64,000 bases of DNA from assembly GCA_949738935.1 (NCBI GenBank), contig CATJCJ010000307.1, positions 33,753 to 97,752 of the forward strand, given 5' to 3'. A model generated the notes under the pieces. The model made no database searches. It was not told where the DNA came from and worked only from the letters and a program-made list of their open reading frames with translations. This document shows, in pieces, positions 30,869 through 41,534 of the stretch. Within the stretch, counting starts at the first letter, position 1. Each line of letters opens with the position of its first letter. The stretch comes from an uncultured Eubacteriales bacterium (GTDB lineage: Bacteria; Bacillota; Clostridia; Lachnospirales; CAG-274). Made by a program: the position numbers and the translations under genes.

Positions 30869-31354
30869 ATGAAAAATAAAATGTTTTTGATATTTCAGTT
30901 GATTTTTGTTTTGGTCGCTGTTTTGACGGCTACAGTTGTTATTGCTGAGGATTCTCAAGCTGAGAAAGACTCTCCCGCTTCTAAGGGGTATGTTAATGAG
31001 AAAATTGAGGAGCTTTTGGAAACGCTTGAAAGCGGGGGGATTATTAATGTTGCGCCGTCAGCTCCTTCTGATTTGAGCAAGTATAAGTATGTTCCTGTTC
31101 ACGTTGGGGTTGGACAGAAACTTATAGGCGATGAGGGTACGGAGGTTATTCTTCGTGTTGGCAGGTCTTTCGCTGTTGTTACGGGAGCTGAGTCTCTTAT
31201 TGATGTTACTTCGGGGGCTGAGTTGAAGGATAAAGCGGAAATCTCTAAAAATCATATTGTTATAGTTCCGAGAAATGACGGAAGAGGCGTTAGAGTTGTT
31301 GAGGATGCTTGGTTTCTTGTTAAAGGCGGGTATACTATAGGCAATGTGGAGTAA
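30869..31354 (+). CDS. hypothetical membrane-anchored or secreted protein
   Basis: N-terminal hydrophobic anchor (MFLIFQLIFVLVAVLTATVVIA). It lies 4 nt after the csaB stop. I recognise no motif. Confidence 0.55.
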   Translation: MKNKMFLIFQLIFVLVAVLTATVVIAEDSQAEKDSPASKGYVNEKIEELLETLESGGIINVAPSAPSDLSKYKYVPVHVGVGQKLIGDEGTEVILRVGRSFAVVTGAESLIDVTSGAELKDKAEISKNHIVIVPRNDGRGVRVVEDAWFLVKGGYTIGNVE

Positions 31355-31355
31355 T

Positions 31356-31395
31356 GTAAAATATTTTTTTGTTATATCTCAAGTGGAATTACTAT
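31356..31395. repeat. family C repeat arm (40-mer identical to 48251-48290)
   Basis: GTAAAATATTTTTTTGTTATATCTCAAGTGGAATTACTAT is identical at both loci. Here it abuts a family B element. Confidence 0.85.
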
Positions 31396-31512
31396 GAGCC
31401 TGTCTAAAAACAAAATATACACAAAAAATCAGTAAAAATAATATCATTTTGAAACGTAATGATATTATTTTCACTGATTTTTTGGATATTTTAATAATTT
31501 TTAGACAGGCTC
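31396..31512. repeat. family B MITE-like palindromic element (117 bp)
   Basis: Termini GAGCCTGTCTAAAAA ... TTTTTAGACAGGCTC. Long internal hairpin AAAAAATCAGTAAAAATAATATCATT / AATGATATTATTTTCACTGATTTTTT. Confidence 0.8.
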
Positions 31513-31540
31513 TAAATGGCACTTAATTTTATGAGGTGGA

Positions 31541-32275
31541 ATGATGAGCGATTTTTCACATATTTTGGGGGTTAAATTTAATAACGTTACCTATGAGGAA
31601 GCGATTGATATTTTATTGAGTTTTCTTCGGGAAAATAAATGTCATTGTGTTTTTACCCCAAATCCTGAGATTGTTATGGAGGCTCGGAAAGATTTGGAGT
31701 TTATGAGAATATTGAACGATGCTGAGCTTGTTGTTCCTGATGGAATCGGCGTTGTTATAGCCTCAAGGTTCTCAAAAGAAAAACTTAAAGAGCGTGTCGC
31801 CGGGTTTGACCTTGTTCAAGGGCTTTTTGACAGGATTAAAGATAAGGATTATTCTGTTTATTTTTGGGGAGGCGCTCCGCGGGTCGCTATGGAGGCTAAA
31901 TTTAATATGGAAAAAAAATATTCGGGTTTGAAAATTATTGGTGTTAATGATGGATATTTTGACGCTAATAAGGAAAAACTTATTATTGATGATATTAAAA
32001 ATAAAAAACCCGATGTACTGCTTGTTGGACTTGGAGCACCAAAACAGGAAAAGCTCATCGCGAGATATAAAAATCAGCTTCCCGTTAAAGTTTGTATTGG
32101 CGTTGGAGGCAGTTTTGACGTTATGAGCGGCAGAGTTAAAAGAGCGCCTAAAATTTTTATGAGGTTTGGTCTTGAGTGGCTGTATCGACTTTTATGTCAG
32201 CCAAGCAGATTTTTTAGAATGCTTAAGCTGCCTATGTTCCTTTTGGCGGTATTAAAGAAAAAATTTTTTGGATAA
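31541..32275 (+). CDS. tagA: WecB/TagA/CpsF-family glycosyltransferase (ManNAc transferase-like)
   Basis: 244 aa with a family-typical sequence (VFTPNPEIVMEA...LVVPDGIGVV...VYFWGGAP...LLVGLGAPKQEKLI...GVGGSFDVMSG...RAPKIF...GLEWLYRL). Confidence 0.8.
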   Translation: MMSDFSHILGVKFNNVTYEEAIDILLSFLRENKCHCVFTPNPEIVMEARKDLEFMRILNDAELVVPDGIGVVIASRFSKEKLKERVAGFDLVQGLFDRIKDKDYSVYFWGGAPRVAMEAKFNMEKKYSGLKIIGVNDGYFDANKEKLIIDDIKNKKPDVLLVGLGAPKQEKLIARYKNQLPVKVCIGVGGSFDVMSGRVKRAPKIFMRFGLEWLYRLLCQPSRFFRMLKLPMFLLAVLKKKFFG

Positions 32276-32316
32276 CTGCTTTTTCTCGGGTTTTTAAAAA
32301 GGAGAAAGAGTTTTTT

Positions 32317-33171
32317 ATGAGAGGAATTTTTAAAAGTAATATTTGGAGTTATGTATTGATTTTTTTGGGAACCCTTTTAATGTCTGTAAGTTTAAATGTT
32401 TTTTTTGAGCCGAATAATATTGTTATTGGCGGGGCAACGGGAATCGGCGTTATTATTAAACATTTGACAAAAGATTTTTTTGAGGGTGGTATTTCCCTTG
32501 GAGTCTCAAATATTATTATTAATGTTCCTCTTTTTATTATAGCCGTAAAAATATTTGGAATTAAATTTGTTGGAAGAAGTGTTATCGCTACTTTCATTCT
32601 GTCTTTTAACCTTGAGGCGACAAGTTGGCTTCCGGCTTTTTATGGGGATTTTGTTATTATTTCTGTTTGCGGAGGTGTTCTCTCGGGGATTGGACTTGCT
32701 CTTATATTGAGGGCAAGGGCTACGACAGGCGGGTCTGATTTGGCGGCGAGCCTTATACAGAATAAGTTTAAGCATTATACTGTTGCTGGGGTTATGCTTG
32801 TTATTGATATTATTATTATCTTCTGCGGATATTTTGTCTTTGGTATTTCCGCTACTATGTACGCCGTTATTTCTGTTTTTATCACAAGTAAAATAATTGA
32901 CGCTATTTTGGAGGGGCTTTCTTTCGCGAAAGCGGCTTTTATTATTTCTGATAAGTCAGAGCAAATTTATGAGCTTATTTTTAAGGAGCTTGACAGAGGA
33001 GCTACATCTATTTACGCTAAAGGTATGTTTACTAAAAAGGACAAAAATGTTCTTTTATGTGTTGTATCTCATAAAGAGGTATTTAAGCTTAAAGAAATAG
33101 CCAAAAATGTGGATAAAAACGCTTTTATTATGGTTGCTGATGTTAGGGAAGTGCTTGGGGAGGGATTTTGA
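32317..33171 (+). CDS. YitT-family membrane protein (DUF2179 C-terminal domain)
   Basis: Five to six TM helices plus the C-terminal 'GATSIYAKGMFTKKDKNVLLCVVSHKEVFKLKEIAKNVDKNAFIMVADVREVLGEGF' region typical of YitT/DUF2179. Confidence 0.8.
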   Translation: MRGIFKSNIWSYVLIFLGTLLMSVSLNVFFEPNNIVIGGATGIGVIIKHLTKDFFEGGISLGVSNIIINVPLFIIAVKIFGIKFVGRSVIATFILSFNLEATSWLPAFYGDFVIISVCGGVLSGIGLALILRARATTGGSDLAASLIQNKFKHYTVAGVMLVIDIIIIFCGYFVFGISATMYAVISVFITSKIIDAILEGLSFAKAAFIISDKSEQIYELIFKELDRGATSIYAKGMFTKKDKNVLLCVVSHKEVFKLKEIAKNVDKNAFIMVADVREVLGEGF

Positions 33172-33185
33172 TAATGTGAGAGGCT

Positions 33186-33204
33186 TTTTAGACAGGCTCT
33201 TAGA
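33186..33204. repeat. solo copy of the family B terminal motif
   Basis: TTTTTAGACAGGCTCTTAG lies immediately after the YitT-family gene stop. Confidence 0.7.
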
Positions 33205-33562
33205 AAATTTAACTTTTTTGACAGTCTCAAGCTTTATGAACTGATTTGGTATTCACATAGACAAAATAAACAAATTATCGCTTTGAATTTTTACTTCATT
33301 TGTTTTTTTCGTTAAGTTTGCTTTTTATAGGTATTTAATAGTGTAAAAATCTGTTTTTTTTGGGTTGTTTTATTAAATATTTACTAAAATTTATTGTTTG
33401 ATATACAAATTGTACAAATGTTTATTTATTTATTTGTATAATTAAGATATGTTTTTTTTCCCTCAAATAAGGTATTATATATATGATAACTAAAATAAAT
33501 AATTGAGTTTGAGGTATTAAATCTTGCCTTGATTGTTTATTGATTTTAAGGAGGATTTCTAG

Positions 33563-34678
33563 ATGGCAGAATTAAAACTTAAAAAAATTGTAAAAAAATA
33601 CCCTAACGGTTTTGTTGCTGTTAAAAATTTTAACTTAGACATTGCTGATAAAGAATTTATTATTTTTGTCGGACCTTCAGGTTGTGGTAAAACCACTACC
33701 CTTCGTATGATTGCCGGTCTTGAGGATATTTCAGGCGGAGAACTCTACATAGGAAACAAACTTATGAATGACGTCCCTCCTAAGGAAAGAGATATCGCTA
33801 TGGTTTTCCAGAACTATGCTCTTTATCCACATATGACTGTATATGACAATATGGCGTTTGGTCTTAAACTCAGAAAGATGCCTAAAGAAGAAATTAAAAA
33901 ACGTGTTGAGGAAGCCGCTAAAATCCTCGATATCGCTCATCTTCTTGATAGAAAGCCGAAAGCTCTTTCCGGTGGTCAGAGACAACGTGTCGCTATGGGT
34001 CGTGCTATCGTTCGTGAGCCGAAAGTTTTCCTTATGGATGAGCCGCTTTCTAACCTTGACGCTAAACTTAGAGTTCAGATGAGAACAGAGATTTCCAAAC
34101 TTCATCACAGACTCGCTACAACTTTTATTTATGTTACCCATGACCAGACTGAGGCTATGACTCTCGGAACAAGAATCGTTGTTTTGAAAGACGGTATTAT
34201 TCAACAAGTTGATACGCCTCAGAATCTTTATAATAAACCTTGTAATCTCTTTGTTGCTGGATTTATCGGCTCGCCTCAGATGAATTTTATCGACTGCCGT
34301 GTTGTTAAAGGCGGCGGAAATGAAGTTTTCCTCTCTTTTGGTGATTATAAAATTAAACTTTCTGAAGATAAAAGCAAAGCTCTTATTCAGGGCGGTTATT
34401 TGGATAAGGAAGTTATTATGGGTATTAGACCTGAAGATATTCACGCTGAGGAAATTTTCTTGAATTCTTCTCAGGATAGTATTGTTAAAGCTCATGTTGA
34501 GGTCACTGAGCTTTTGGGTGCCGAGGTTAATCTTTATTTGCTTATCGCCGGTCAGAACGCTGTGGCAAGAGTTAACGCTAGATATGACGCTAAAGTTGGC
34601 GATAACATTAAAGTTGCTTTTGATGTGAACAGAATCCACGTATTTGATAAAGCTACAGAACTTGCTATTGTAAATTAA
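33563..34678 (+). CDS. ABC sugar-transporter ATP-binding protein (MsmK/MalK/UgpC type), orphan
   Basis: Walker A 'GPSGCGKTT', signature '[14 protein letters not shown]' and Walker B '[12 protein letters not shown]', plus a C-terminal MalK-like regulatory domain. There is no adjacent permease or binding-protein gene. Confidence 0.9.
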   Translation: MAELKLKKIVKKYPNGFVAVKNFNLDIADKEFIIFVGPSGCGKTTTLRMIAGLEDISGGELYIGNKLMNDVPPKERDIAMVFQNYALYPHMTVYDNMAFGLKLRKMPKEEIKKRVEEAAKILDIAHLLDRKPKALSGGQRQRVAMGRAIVREPKVFLMDEPLSNLDAKLRVQMRTEISKLHHRLATTFIYVTHDQTEAMTLGTRIVVLKDGIIQQVDTPQNLYNKPCNLFVAGFIGSPQMNFIDCRVVKGGGNEVFLSFGDYKIKLSEDKSKALIQGGYLDKEVIMGIRPEDIHAEEIFLNSSQDSIVKAHVEVTELLGAEVNLYLLIAGQNAVARVNARYDAKVGDNIKVAFDVNRIHVFDKATELAIVN

Positions 34679-34735
34679 AGGCATGTTTTGAGTTAAATAT
34701 GATTTTTTGAAAATATTAAATATTTTCTTTATAAA

Positions 34736-34778
34736 GGGGTTGTATCAAAGGGTCTTTCTTTGGTACACCTTTTTTTTG
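34736..34778 (+). terminator. intrinsic terminator after the ABC ATPase gene
   Basis: Imperfect stem GGGGTTGTATCAAAG / CTTTGGTACACC followed by TTTTTTTT. Confidence 0.5.
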
Positions 34779-34825
34779 AGGTAAAATTTTAGGGCTCAAT
34801 TGGATTTTTTATGAAGGGATATGTT

Positions 34826-35683
34826 ATGAGTAATAAATTTCTTTTTTTAATATTGGGAATTGTTTTAACATTGATTTCCATAAGTAATGTTTATTGTGTT
34901 TTTGCTGAATCAGATGGTGAGATATCTGTTATTTTAGATGGAAAAATTGTTGAGTTTGACCAATCGCCTGTTGTTGAGAATGGACGAACTCTTGTCCCCT
35001 TTCGTGGAATTTTGGAGCAGATGGGGGTTTCTGTTAATTGGAATGGTGAAAAAGAATCTTTGACTTGTATAGACGATGATAAGGTTGTTTATTTGACTAT
35101 TGGTCAAAAGGAAATGTTTGTTAATGATGAGAAAATTATTCTTGATGTTCCGGCTAAAATTTTAAATGGACGAACTCTTGTTCCTATTCGAGCTATTACA
35201 GAATGTTTTGACGCTAATGTTAAGTGGAATGAGGATTCCAGAACTGTTGAGATTCAAACCCATACATATTATCTTTCTGTTAATACGGAAGTGATTGCTG
35301 ATGAAAATGATGATTTAAGTAATACGGAGGATTTTGATACTGAAAGACTTCAAAGGGTTGTTGAAGTGTTTTCATCATTGATGAAAGTTATAGGTAAAGA
35401 AACTTATAAAATGGATAGAGATACTTATACAAATCTTATGAATATTCTTATTGAGATTAAAAGCTATACGGAAAAATTCTTGGGAGAAAACCAGAGGGAA
35501 ATTGATGAATTGACTAAATATCTTGAGTCCAAAGTTTTTGTGTTGAAAGAATTCGCTGAAAATAATGGGATAAATTTATATATCGAGAAAGATTATAAAG
35601 ATAATGATAAAGATTTGGAAATAGATATTCCTGAAGATGATGATAAAGATTTGGAAATAGATATTCCTGAAGATGATGATTAG
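34826..35683 (+). CDS. secreted copper-amine-oxidase-N-terminal-domain (stalk-like) protein with a C-terminal helical module
   Basis: Signal peptide. Duplicated 'GRTLVPFRGILEQMGVSVNWN' / 'GRTLVPIRAITECFDANVKWNEDSRTVEI' motifs. Helical tail ending '...VLKEFAENNGINLYIE', followed by a tandem DKDLEIDIPEDD repeat. Confidence 0.75.
   Translation: MSNKFLFLILGIVLTLISISNVYCVFAESDGEISVILDGKIVEFDQSPVVENGRTLVPFRGILEQMGVSVNWNGEKESLTCIDDDKVVYLTIGQKEMFVNDEKIILDVPAKILNGRTLVPIRAITECFDANVKWNEDSRTVEIQTHTYYLSVNTEVIADENDDLSNTEDFDTERLQRVVEVFSSLMKVIGKETYKMDRDTYTNLMNILIEIKSYTEKFLGENQREIDELTKYLESKVFVLKEFAENNGINLYIEKDYKDNDKDLEIDIPEDDDKDLEIDIPEDDD
35606..35677 (+). repeat. perfect 2 x 36-bp in-frame tandem repeat
   Basis: GATAAAGATTTGGAAATAGATATTCCTGAAGATGAT occurs twice and encodes DKDLEIDIPEDD twice at the C-terminus of the 34826-35683 protein. 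Confidence 0.9.
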
Positions 35684-35793
35684 ATTTCTTTTGAAATCTT
35701 ATAACAATTTATAAAACAGACTTGTTCGTCAAGCGGTATTGGAAAGTTCATTGAACGAGTCCGAAAATAAAAATTATAGGGAGATTGATTAAA

Positions 35794-36591
35794 ATGAAAA
35801 TTGGTTTTATTGGCGGAGGAAATATGGGCGCAGCTATTATCGGAGGTATAGTTTCTTCTGGTATCTATAAGGGAGTGGATATTTCTGTTGTGGATTTGAT
35901 TAAGGAAAATGTTGATAAGCTCGTTGGGGAATATGGGGTACGCGATGGAAAGAGTAACACGCAAACGGCTGAAAACTCAGATATTTTATTTATAGCTGTT
36001 AAGCCGAATGTATGCGGTGATGTTATTTCTGAAATTAAAAGTTATATTAATTATGACAGCGTTATTGTTTCTATCGCCGCCGGGAAAAGTATTGGGGAGA
36101 TTGAGTCTCTTTTTGATAAAAAAATTAAGCTCGTTAGAGTTATGCCTAATACGCCGGCTCTCGTTGGAGAGGGTATGGCGGCTTTGTCAGGAAATGCGAA
36201 CGTTAGTGATGAGGAAATCGCAAAGGTGGCTGAGATTTTCGGTTGTTTTGGAAAGGTTGAAATCGTTCCTGAGAAAATGATGGATATTGTTACCGCTGTT
36301 AGCGGTTCTTCGCCGGCTTTTGTGTATATGTTTATTGAGGCTATGGCGGATGCCGCTGTTTTGGGAGGTATGCCAAGGGTTCAGGCTTATAAGTTTGCCG
36401 CTCAAACCGTTCTTGGGTCAGCCAAGATGGTTCTTGATACGGGGATTCATCCGGGGGCTCTTAAAGATATGGTTTGCTCACCGGCGGGAACTACTATTGA
36501 GGCTGTCGCTGAACTTGAAAAGCGTGGTTTTAGAAGTGCTGTTATTGAGGCTGTAAGGGTTTGCGAGGCTAAGTCTAAGTCTATGGGATAG
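35794..36591 (+). CDS. proC: pyrroline-5-carboxylate reductase
   Basis: Rossmann N-terminus 'MKIGFIGGGNMGAAIIGG' and conserved 'VCSPAGTTIEAV' motif. An AGGGAG RBS lies upstream of the ATG at 35794. Confidence 0.9.
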   Translation: MKIGFIGGGNMGAAIIGGIVSSGIYKGVDISVVDLIKENVDKLVGEYGVRDGKSNTQTAENSDILFIAVKPNVCGDVISEIKSYINYDSVIVSIAAGKSIGEIESLFDKKIKLVRVMPNTPALVGEGMAALSGNANVSDEEIAKVAEIFGCFGKVEIVPEKMMDIVTAVSGSSPAFVYMFIEAMADAAVLGGMPRVQAYKFAAQTVLGSAKMVLDTGIHPGALKDMVCSPAGTTIEAVAELEKRGFRSAVIEAVRVCEAKSKSMG

Positions 36592-36640
36592 TAGAAAAAT
36601 ATTGGGGCTTTGCCTCGTTGGCGCTGAATTTATAAAAATG

Positions 36641-36718
36641 TTAAGGCTCTGCCTCAAACTCCTCTTCTTTCTTGAAAGAAAGAAGCAAAGAACTTTTGCG
36701 CGAAACTGTGTTTCGCTG
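36641..36718. repeat. family D intergenic repeat, copy 2 (inverted orientation, divergent)
   Basis: ...GCCTCAAACTCCTCTTCTTTCTTGAAAGAAAGAAGCAAAGAACTTTTGCGCGAAACTGTGTTTCGCTG. Confidence 0.75.
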
Positions 36719-36823
36719 AGGAAAGCTGAGAATTTTAGTAAAATTTGTTTTTGACGACAATTTTAATTTTCTTTTAGCAAAATTTGAGGATTATTATTTT
36801 TATAATGGAAATTTAACCTTAAA

Positions 36824-36903
36824 CAGCGAAACGTAGTTTCGCTCAAAAGTTTTTGACTCGCTTTTTTCAAAAAGCGAGCGGAGTTTGAGGCGGAGCCTCA
36901 AGG
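36824..36903. repeat. family D intergenic repeat, copy 3
   Basis: CAGCGAAACGTAGTTTCGCTCAAAAGTTTTTGACTCGCTTTTTTCAAAAAGCGAGCGGAGTTTGAGGCGGAGCCTCAAGG. Confidence 0.85.
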
Positions 36904-36911
36904 TCTTTATT

Positions 36912-37079
36912 AGACTTCTTTCGAAACTCCATGTTGATATAAGTATCGTTATAAAAAAATATTTCACTCAATGCTTTTTAACGCTTTCAGCGTTTAAAAA
37001 GCAAAACGCCTTTCGCTAAAACATTGAATAAAATATTTTTTGTTGGATTGATGTAATTTTACGGTTTCGAAAGAAGTCT
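36912..37079. repeat. family A palindromic element (168 bp), copy 2
   Basis: Termini AGACTTCTTTCGAAAC ... GTTTCGAAAGAAGTCT. The interior is collinear with the copy at 912-1080. Confidence 0.85.
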
Positions 37080-37151
37080 ATTAACTTAGCGCATATGGGT
37101 ATATACGTGGTTTAATGAAAATTGACTTGTGCGGTAAAAATAAAAAAGAAC

Positions 37152-37180
37152 TTGACAGTCCTTTTAAATTGTGGTAATAT
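37152..37180 (+). promoter_or_regulatory. candidate sigma-A promoter for rpoBC, with extended -10
   Basis: TTGACA (37152-37157), a 17-nt spacer ending in TGG, then TAATAT (37175-37180). This would give a leader of about 380 nt before rpoB. Confidence 0.55.
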
Positions 37181-37560
37181 TAATAAATGTATCAATAAGT
37201 GAAAAAATATGGTTTTTATTTGTGACAAAGCTGAAATAAAGTCCCTTTTAAAGGGTGATTTTGTGGGATTTTTAGCTTTTAAATATAAATTTTATCATAT
37301 TAACTTTTCTATAGTATAACACATAATTTTACTAAATTCAACATTTAATTTGAAATTTTTTTTGATAGTCGCGGATAGGATTTTTTGGAGTATTTTTAAA
37401 CCGAAGTTCCGAATTTTTAAATTTGTTTGGAATGTCGGCGGTTTTTTGCGTTCAATGTTTTTCCTATCTTTTGTGTGTTTTATTTATTAATTACCGTAAA
37501 ATTTTTTTGCGGTTCATTATATATTTATTACTATTTATTTTTTTAAGGAGTGAAGATGCC

Positions 37561-40500
37561 ATGGAGAAAAACAGAATACGTCCCGTCAAACTTGGCGATG
37601 TGGTTCGTATGAGTTATTCAAAGATAGACGAGGTTTTGGAAATGCCTAATCTGCTCGCTTTGCAGAAGGACAGCTATAAATGGTTCTTGGAGGAAGGCCT
37701 TAAAGAGGTTTTTGAGGACATTTCGCCTATATGTGATTACAGCGGCAATCTTATTCTTGAGTTTTTGGATTTTTCTTTTGATTCCGAGCCTAAATACTCT
37801 ATCCCTGAATGCAAAGAGCGTGACGCTACTTATGCCGCTCCTTTTAAAGTTAAGGCTCGTCTTCGTAATAAGGAAATTGATGAGTTTAAAGAACAGGAAA
37901 TTTTTATGGGGGATTTTCCGCTTATGACAGACACGGGCACATTTGTTATTAATGGAGCTGAACGTGTTATTGTAAGCCAGCTTGTTCGTTCTCCTGGTAT
38001 ATATTACGCTATTGAGAAAGATAAGGTCGGAAAAAATCTTCTTACTTCCACTGTTATTCCCAACAGAGGCGCTTGGCTTGAGTATGAGACTGACTCTAAC
38101 GATGTTTTTTATGTTAGGGTTGACAGAACAAGAAAAGTTCCCGTTACTGTTTTAATACGTTCTTTGGGTATTGGGACTGACGTCGAAATCCTTGAGCTCT
38201 TTGGTGATGAGCCTAAAATTACCGCAACTATTGAAAAAGACGCTACAAAAAATCGTGAGGAGGGTCTTATTGAGATTTATAAAAAGGTTAGACCCGGAGA
38301 ACCTCCTACTGTTGATAGTTCTGAGACACTTCTTAATAATATGTTCTATGACCCTAAAAGATACGACTTAGCTAAAGTCGGAAGATATAAATTTAATAAA
38401 AAACTCGCTTTTAAAAATCGTGTCAGAGGATATACTCTCGCTGAAAACGCTGTTGACCCCTCGACAGGGGAAATTATCGCTGAGGCCGGGGTTAAGCTTA
38501 CTGCCGAGCTTGCCGAGAAAATACAGGACAGCGGCGCTCCGTTTGTTTGGGTTGCTCTTGAGGAAAGAAACGTTAAGGTTTTGTCTAATCTTATGGTTTC
38601 TATTGATGAGTTTATAGCTCCTTATGGTCTTGACGCTAAAGAACTTAAAATTAAAGAAAAAGTTTATTATCCTGTTCTTATGGAAATTCTTGAGAATTAT
38701 GATGACGATGAGGAAATTAAAAACGCTGTTTTGGCGAATATTCATAAGCTTATTCCTAAACATATTACTTTACAAGATATTATGGCATCTATAAATTATG
38801 TTATTCATCTTGATTATGGTATCGGTAATAAAGACGATATTGACCATTTGGGAAACAGACGTATCAGGGCTGTTGGGGAGCTTCTGCAAAATCAGTTTAG
38901 AATTGGACTCTCAAGAATGGAAAGAGTTGTTCGTGAACGTATGACTATCCAAGATATGGATGCCGTCACTCCTCAGGGACTTATTAATATTAAGCCTGTT
39001 ACCGCCGCTATTAAAGAGTTTTTTGGAAGTTCTCAGCTATCACAGTTTATGGACCAGAATAATCCTTTGAGTGAGATGACACATAAACGCCGCCTCTCAG
39101 CTTTGGGACCCGGCGGTCTTTCAAGAGAAAGAGCCGGTTTTGAGGTTCGTGACGTTCATTCATCTCATTATGGCCGTATGTGTCCTATTGAGACCCCTGA
39201 GGGACCTAATATCGGGCTCATTAACTCTCTCGCTACTTTCGCCAGAATTAATGAGTATGGTTTTATTGAGGCTCCTTACCGTATTATTGATAAAACTGGT
39301 GATGTTCCCAAAGTTACCGATGATTTTATATATGTTACCGCTGACGAGGAGGAAACTTATGTTGTAGCTCAGGCTAATGAGCCTTTGAATGAAAAAGGTG
39401 AGTTTATTAACGCTAAGGTCTCGGCTCGTCTTGGTGAGGAAAATGTTGAGATGGACGCTGATAAAATTGACCTTATGGACGTTTCCCCAAAGCAGCTTGT
39501 TTCTGTCGCTACGGCGCTTATTCCTTTCCTTGAGAATGACGACGTGACAAGGGCTCTTATGGGTTCTAATATGCAGCGTCAGGCTGTTCCGCTTTTGTCA
39601 ACGGAAGCTCCTGTTGTCGGAACGGGTATGGAGCATAAAACAGCTAAAGACTCAGGAGTTGTTGTTGTCGCTAAAAACTCGGGAGTTGTTGAGAAAGTTG
39701 ACGCTAGTGAGATTGTTGTTCTTAATGATAATGGAACAAGAGACAGATATAAGATGACTAAATTTAAACGAAGCAACCAGTCCAACTGCATAAATCAGCG
39801 TCCTATTATATTTAAAGGTGACAGAGTGTCAAAGGGACAAATTATCGCTGATGGTCCTTCAACAAAAGATGGTGAGCTCGCTCTTGGAAAAAACCCTCTT
39901 ATCGGTTTTATGACTTGGGAAGGTTATAATTATGAGGACGCTGTTCTTTTGAGTGAGAAGCTGGTCGCTGATGATGTTTATACTTCTGTTCACATTGAGG
40001 AGTATGAGGCTGAGGCCAGAGATACTAAACTGGGACAGGAGGAAATTACAAGAGATATTCCTAATGTTGGGGAGGACGCTTTGCGCGACCTTGATGATGA
40101 GGGAATTATTCGTGTTGGCGCCGAGGTTTCGCCTAATGATATTCTTGTTGGAAAAGTTACGCCTAAAGGTGAAACGGAGCTTACCGCTGAGGAAAGACTC
40201 TTGAGGGCTATCTTTGGAGAGAAAGCCAGAGAGGTTAGGGATACGTCTTTACGTGTTCCTCATGGTGAAAGCGGTATTATAGTTGATATTAAAAAGTTTA
40301 CCAGAGAAAATAATGATGAGCTTCCGCCGGGAGTTAATCAGCTTGTTCGTGTTTATATCGCTCAGAAAAGAAAAATCTCTGTTGGGGATAAGATGGCGGG
40401 TCGTCATGGAAACAAGGGTGTTGTGTCTCGTGTTCTTCCTGTTGAGGATATGCCGTTTCTTCCTAATGGCAGACCTCTTGACATTGTTCTTAATCCTCTT

Positions 40501-41517
40501 GGTGTGCCGTCTCGTATGAATATTGGGCAGGTGCTTGAGATTCATCTTAGTCTCGCGGCTAAAGTGCTTGATTGGAAAGTCGCTACTCCTGTTTTTGACG
40601 GCGCTCGTGAAATTGACATTATGGATACTCTTGAGCTCGCTAATGATTACGCTAATTCTGAGTGGGAAGATTTTGAGAGTAAATGGAAAGATGTTCTTGA
40701 CCCTGAGATTTTTGACTATCTTGACAAAAATAAAGTCCACAGAGAAGAATGGAGAGGCGTTCCGATTAATCATACCGGAAAAATAAAGCTTCGTGACGGC
40801 CGTACGGGCGAGGAATTTGATAATCCCACAACTGTTGGGTTTATGCACTATCTTAAACTTCACCATCTTGTCGATGATAAAATTCACGCTCGTTCCACAG
40901 GTCCTTACGCTCTTGTTACTCAGCAGCCTTTGGGCGGAAAAGCTCAGTTTGGCGGGCAGCGTTTTGGGGAAATGGAAGTTTGGGCTTTGGAGGCTTACGG
41001 CGCTTCTTATACTTTGCAGGAAATTTTGACAGTTAAATCTGACGATATTGTTGGTCGTGTTAAAACGTATGAGGCTATTGTTAAGGGTGAGAATATTCCA
41101 TCGCCGGGGGTTCCTGAGTCGTTTAAGGTTCTTCTTAAAGAATTGCAGGCTCTTGGGCTTGATGTTAAGATTCTTCGTGAGGACTCTACGGAAGTTCAGA
41201 TTAAAGAGGATATTGACGATGATGATATTGGAGTTATTGACGTTAATATTGAGGGCGTTGAGAAAGATGAGGAATTTGATGATGATAAGCCTGAGAATAT
41301 TGTTGATACGGTTCTGAATAATCCGGAGTTGCTTGATAATCTTGAAATCGACGAGGATGATATTACAATAAATGAGGATGATATTCTTATTGATGAGGAA
41401 GAAAACGATATTGAGATTGATGATGAGCTTTTTAATGAGTTTAATGTTGAGCTTGATGAGGATGATGACTCGGATGAATTTGATTTTAAAGATTTGTTAA
41501 AAGATGACGAAGAATAG
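37561..41517 (+). CDS. rpoB: DNA-directed RNA polymerase beta subunit, with an acidic C-terminal extension
   Basis: Conserved RpoB blocks, including the rifampicin region '[32 protein letters not shown]'. Start at the ATG at 37561 ([12 protein letters not shown]...), after an AAGGAG RBS. The last ~110 aa are D/E/I/N-rich. Confidence 0.97.
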   Translation: MEKNRIRPVKLGDVVRMSYSKIDEVLEMPNLLALQKDSYKWFLEEGLKEVFEDISPICDYSGNLILEFLDFSFDSEPKYSIPECKERDATYAAPFKVKARLRNKEIDEFKEQEIFMGDFPLMTDTGTFVINGAERVIVSQLVRSPGIYYAIEKDKVGKNLLTSTVIPNRGAWLEYETDSNDVFYVRVDRTRKVPVTVLIRSLGIGTDVEILELFGDEPKITATIEKDATKNREEGLIEIYKKVRPGEPPTVDSSETLLNNMFYDPKRYDLAKVGRYKFNKKLAFKNRVRGYTLAENAVDPSTGEIIAEAGVKLTAELAEKIQDSGAPFVWVALEERNVKVLSNLMVSIDEFIAPYGLDAKELKIKEKVYYPVLMEILENYDDDEEIKNAVLANIHKLIPKHITLQDIMASINYVIHLDYGIGNKDDIDHLGNRRIRAVGELLQNQFRIGLSRMERVVRERMTIQDMDAVTPQGLINIKPVTAAIKEFFGSSQLSQFMDQNNPLSEMTHKRRLSALGPGGLSRERAGFEVRDVHSSHYGRMCPIETPEGPNIGLINSLATFARINEYGFIEAPYRIIDKTGDVPKVTDDFIYVTADEEETYVVAQANEPLNEKGEFINAKVSARLGEENVEMDADKIDLMDVSPKQLVSVATALIPFLENDDVTRALMGSNMQRQAVPLLSTEAPVVGTGMEHKTAKDSGVVVVAKNSGVVEKVDASEIVVLNDNGTRDRYKMTKFKRSNQSNCINQRPIIFKGDRVSKGQIIADGPSTKDGELALGKNPLIGFMTWEGYNYEDAVLLSEKLVADDVYTSVHIEEYEAEARDTKLGQEEITRDIPNVGEDALRDLDDEGIIRVGAEVSPNDILVGKVTPKGETELTAEERLLRAIFGEKAREVRDTSLRVPHGESGIIVDIKKFTRENNDELPPGVNQLVRVYIAQKRKISVGDKMAGRHGNKGVVSRVLPVEDMPFLPNGRPLDIVLNPLGVPSRMNIGQVLEIHLSLAAKVLDWKVATPVFDGAREIDIMDTLELANDYANSEWEDFESKWKDVLDPEIFDYLDKNKVHREEWRGVPINHTGKIKLRDGRTGEEFDNPTTVGFMHYLKLHHLVDDKIHARSTGPYALVTQQPLGGKAQFGGQRFGEMEVWALEAYGASYTLQEILTVKSDDIVGRVKTYEAIVKGENIPSPGVPESFKVLLKELQALGLDVKILREDSTEVQIKEDIDDDDIGVIDVNIEGVEKDEEFDDDKPENIVDTVLNNPELLDNLEIDEDDITINEDDILIDEEENDIEIDDELFNEFNVELDEDDDSDEFDFKDLLKDDEE

Positions 41518-41534
41518 AAAGGAGAATTTGTACT

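Noticed and set aside
33731-34684. 317-aa ORF antisense to the ABC ATPase gene.
   Set aside because: The sense strand encodes unmistakable Walker A/B and ABC signature motifs. The antisense frame is open only by chance and has no motifs.
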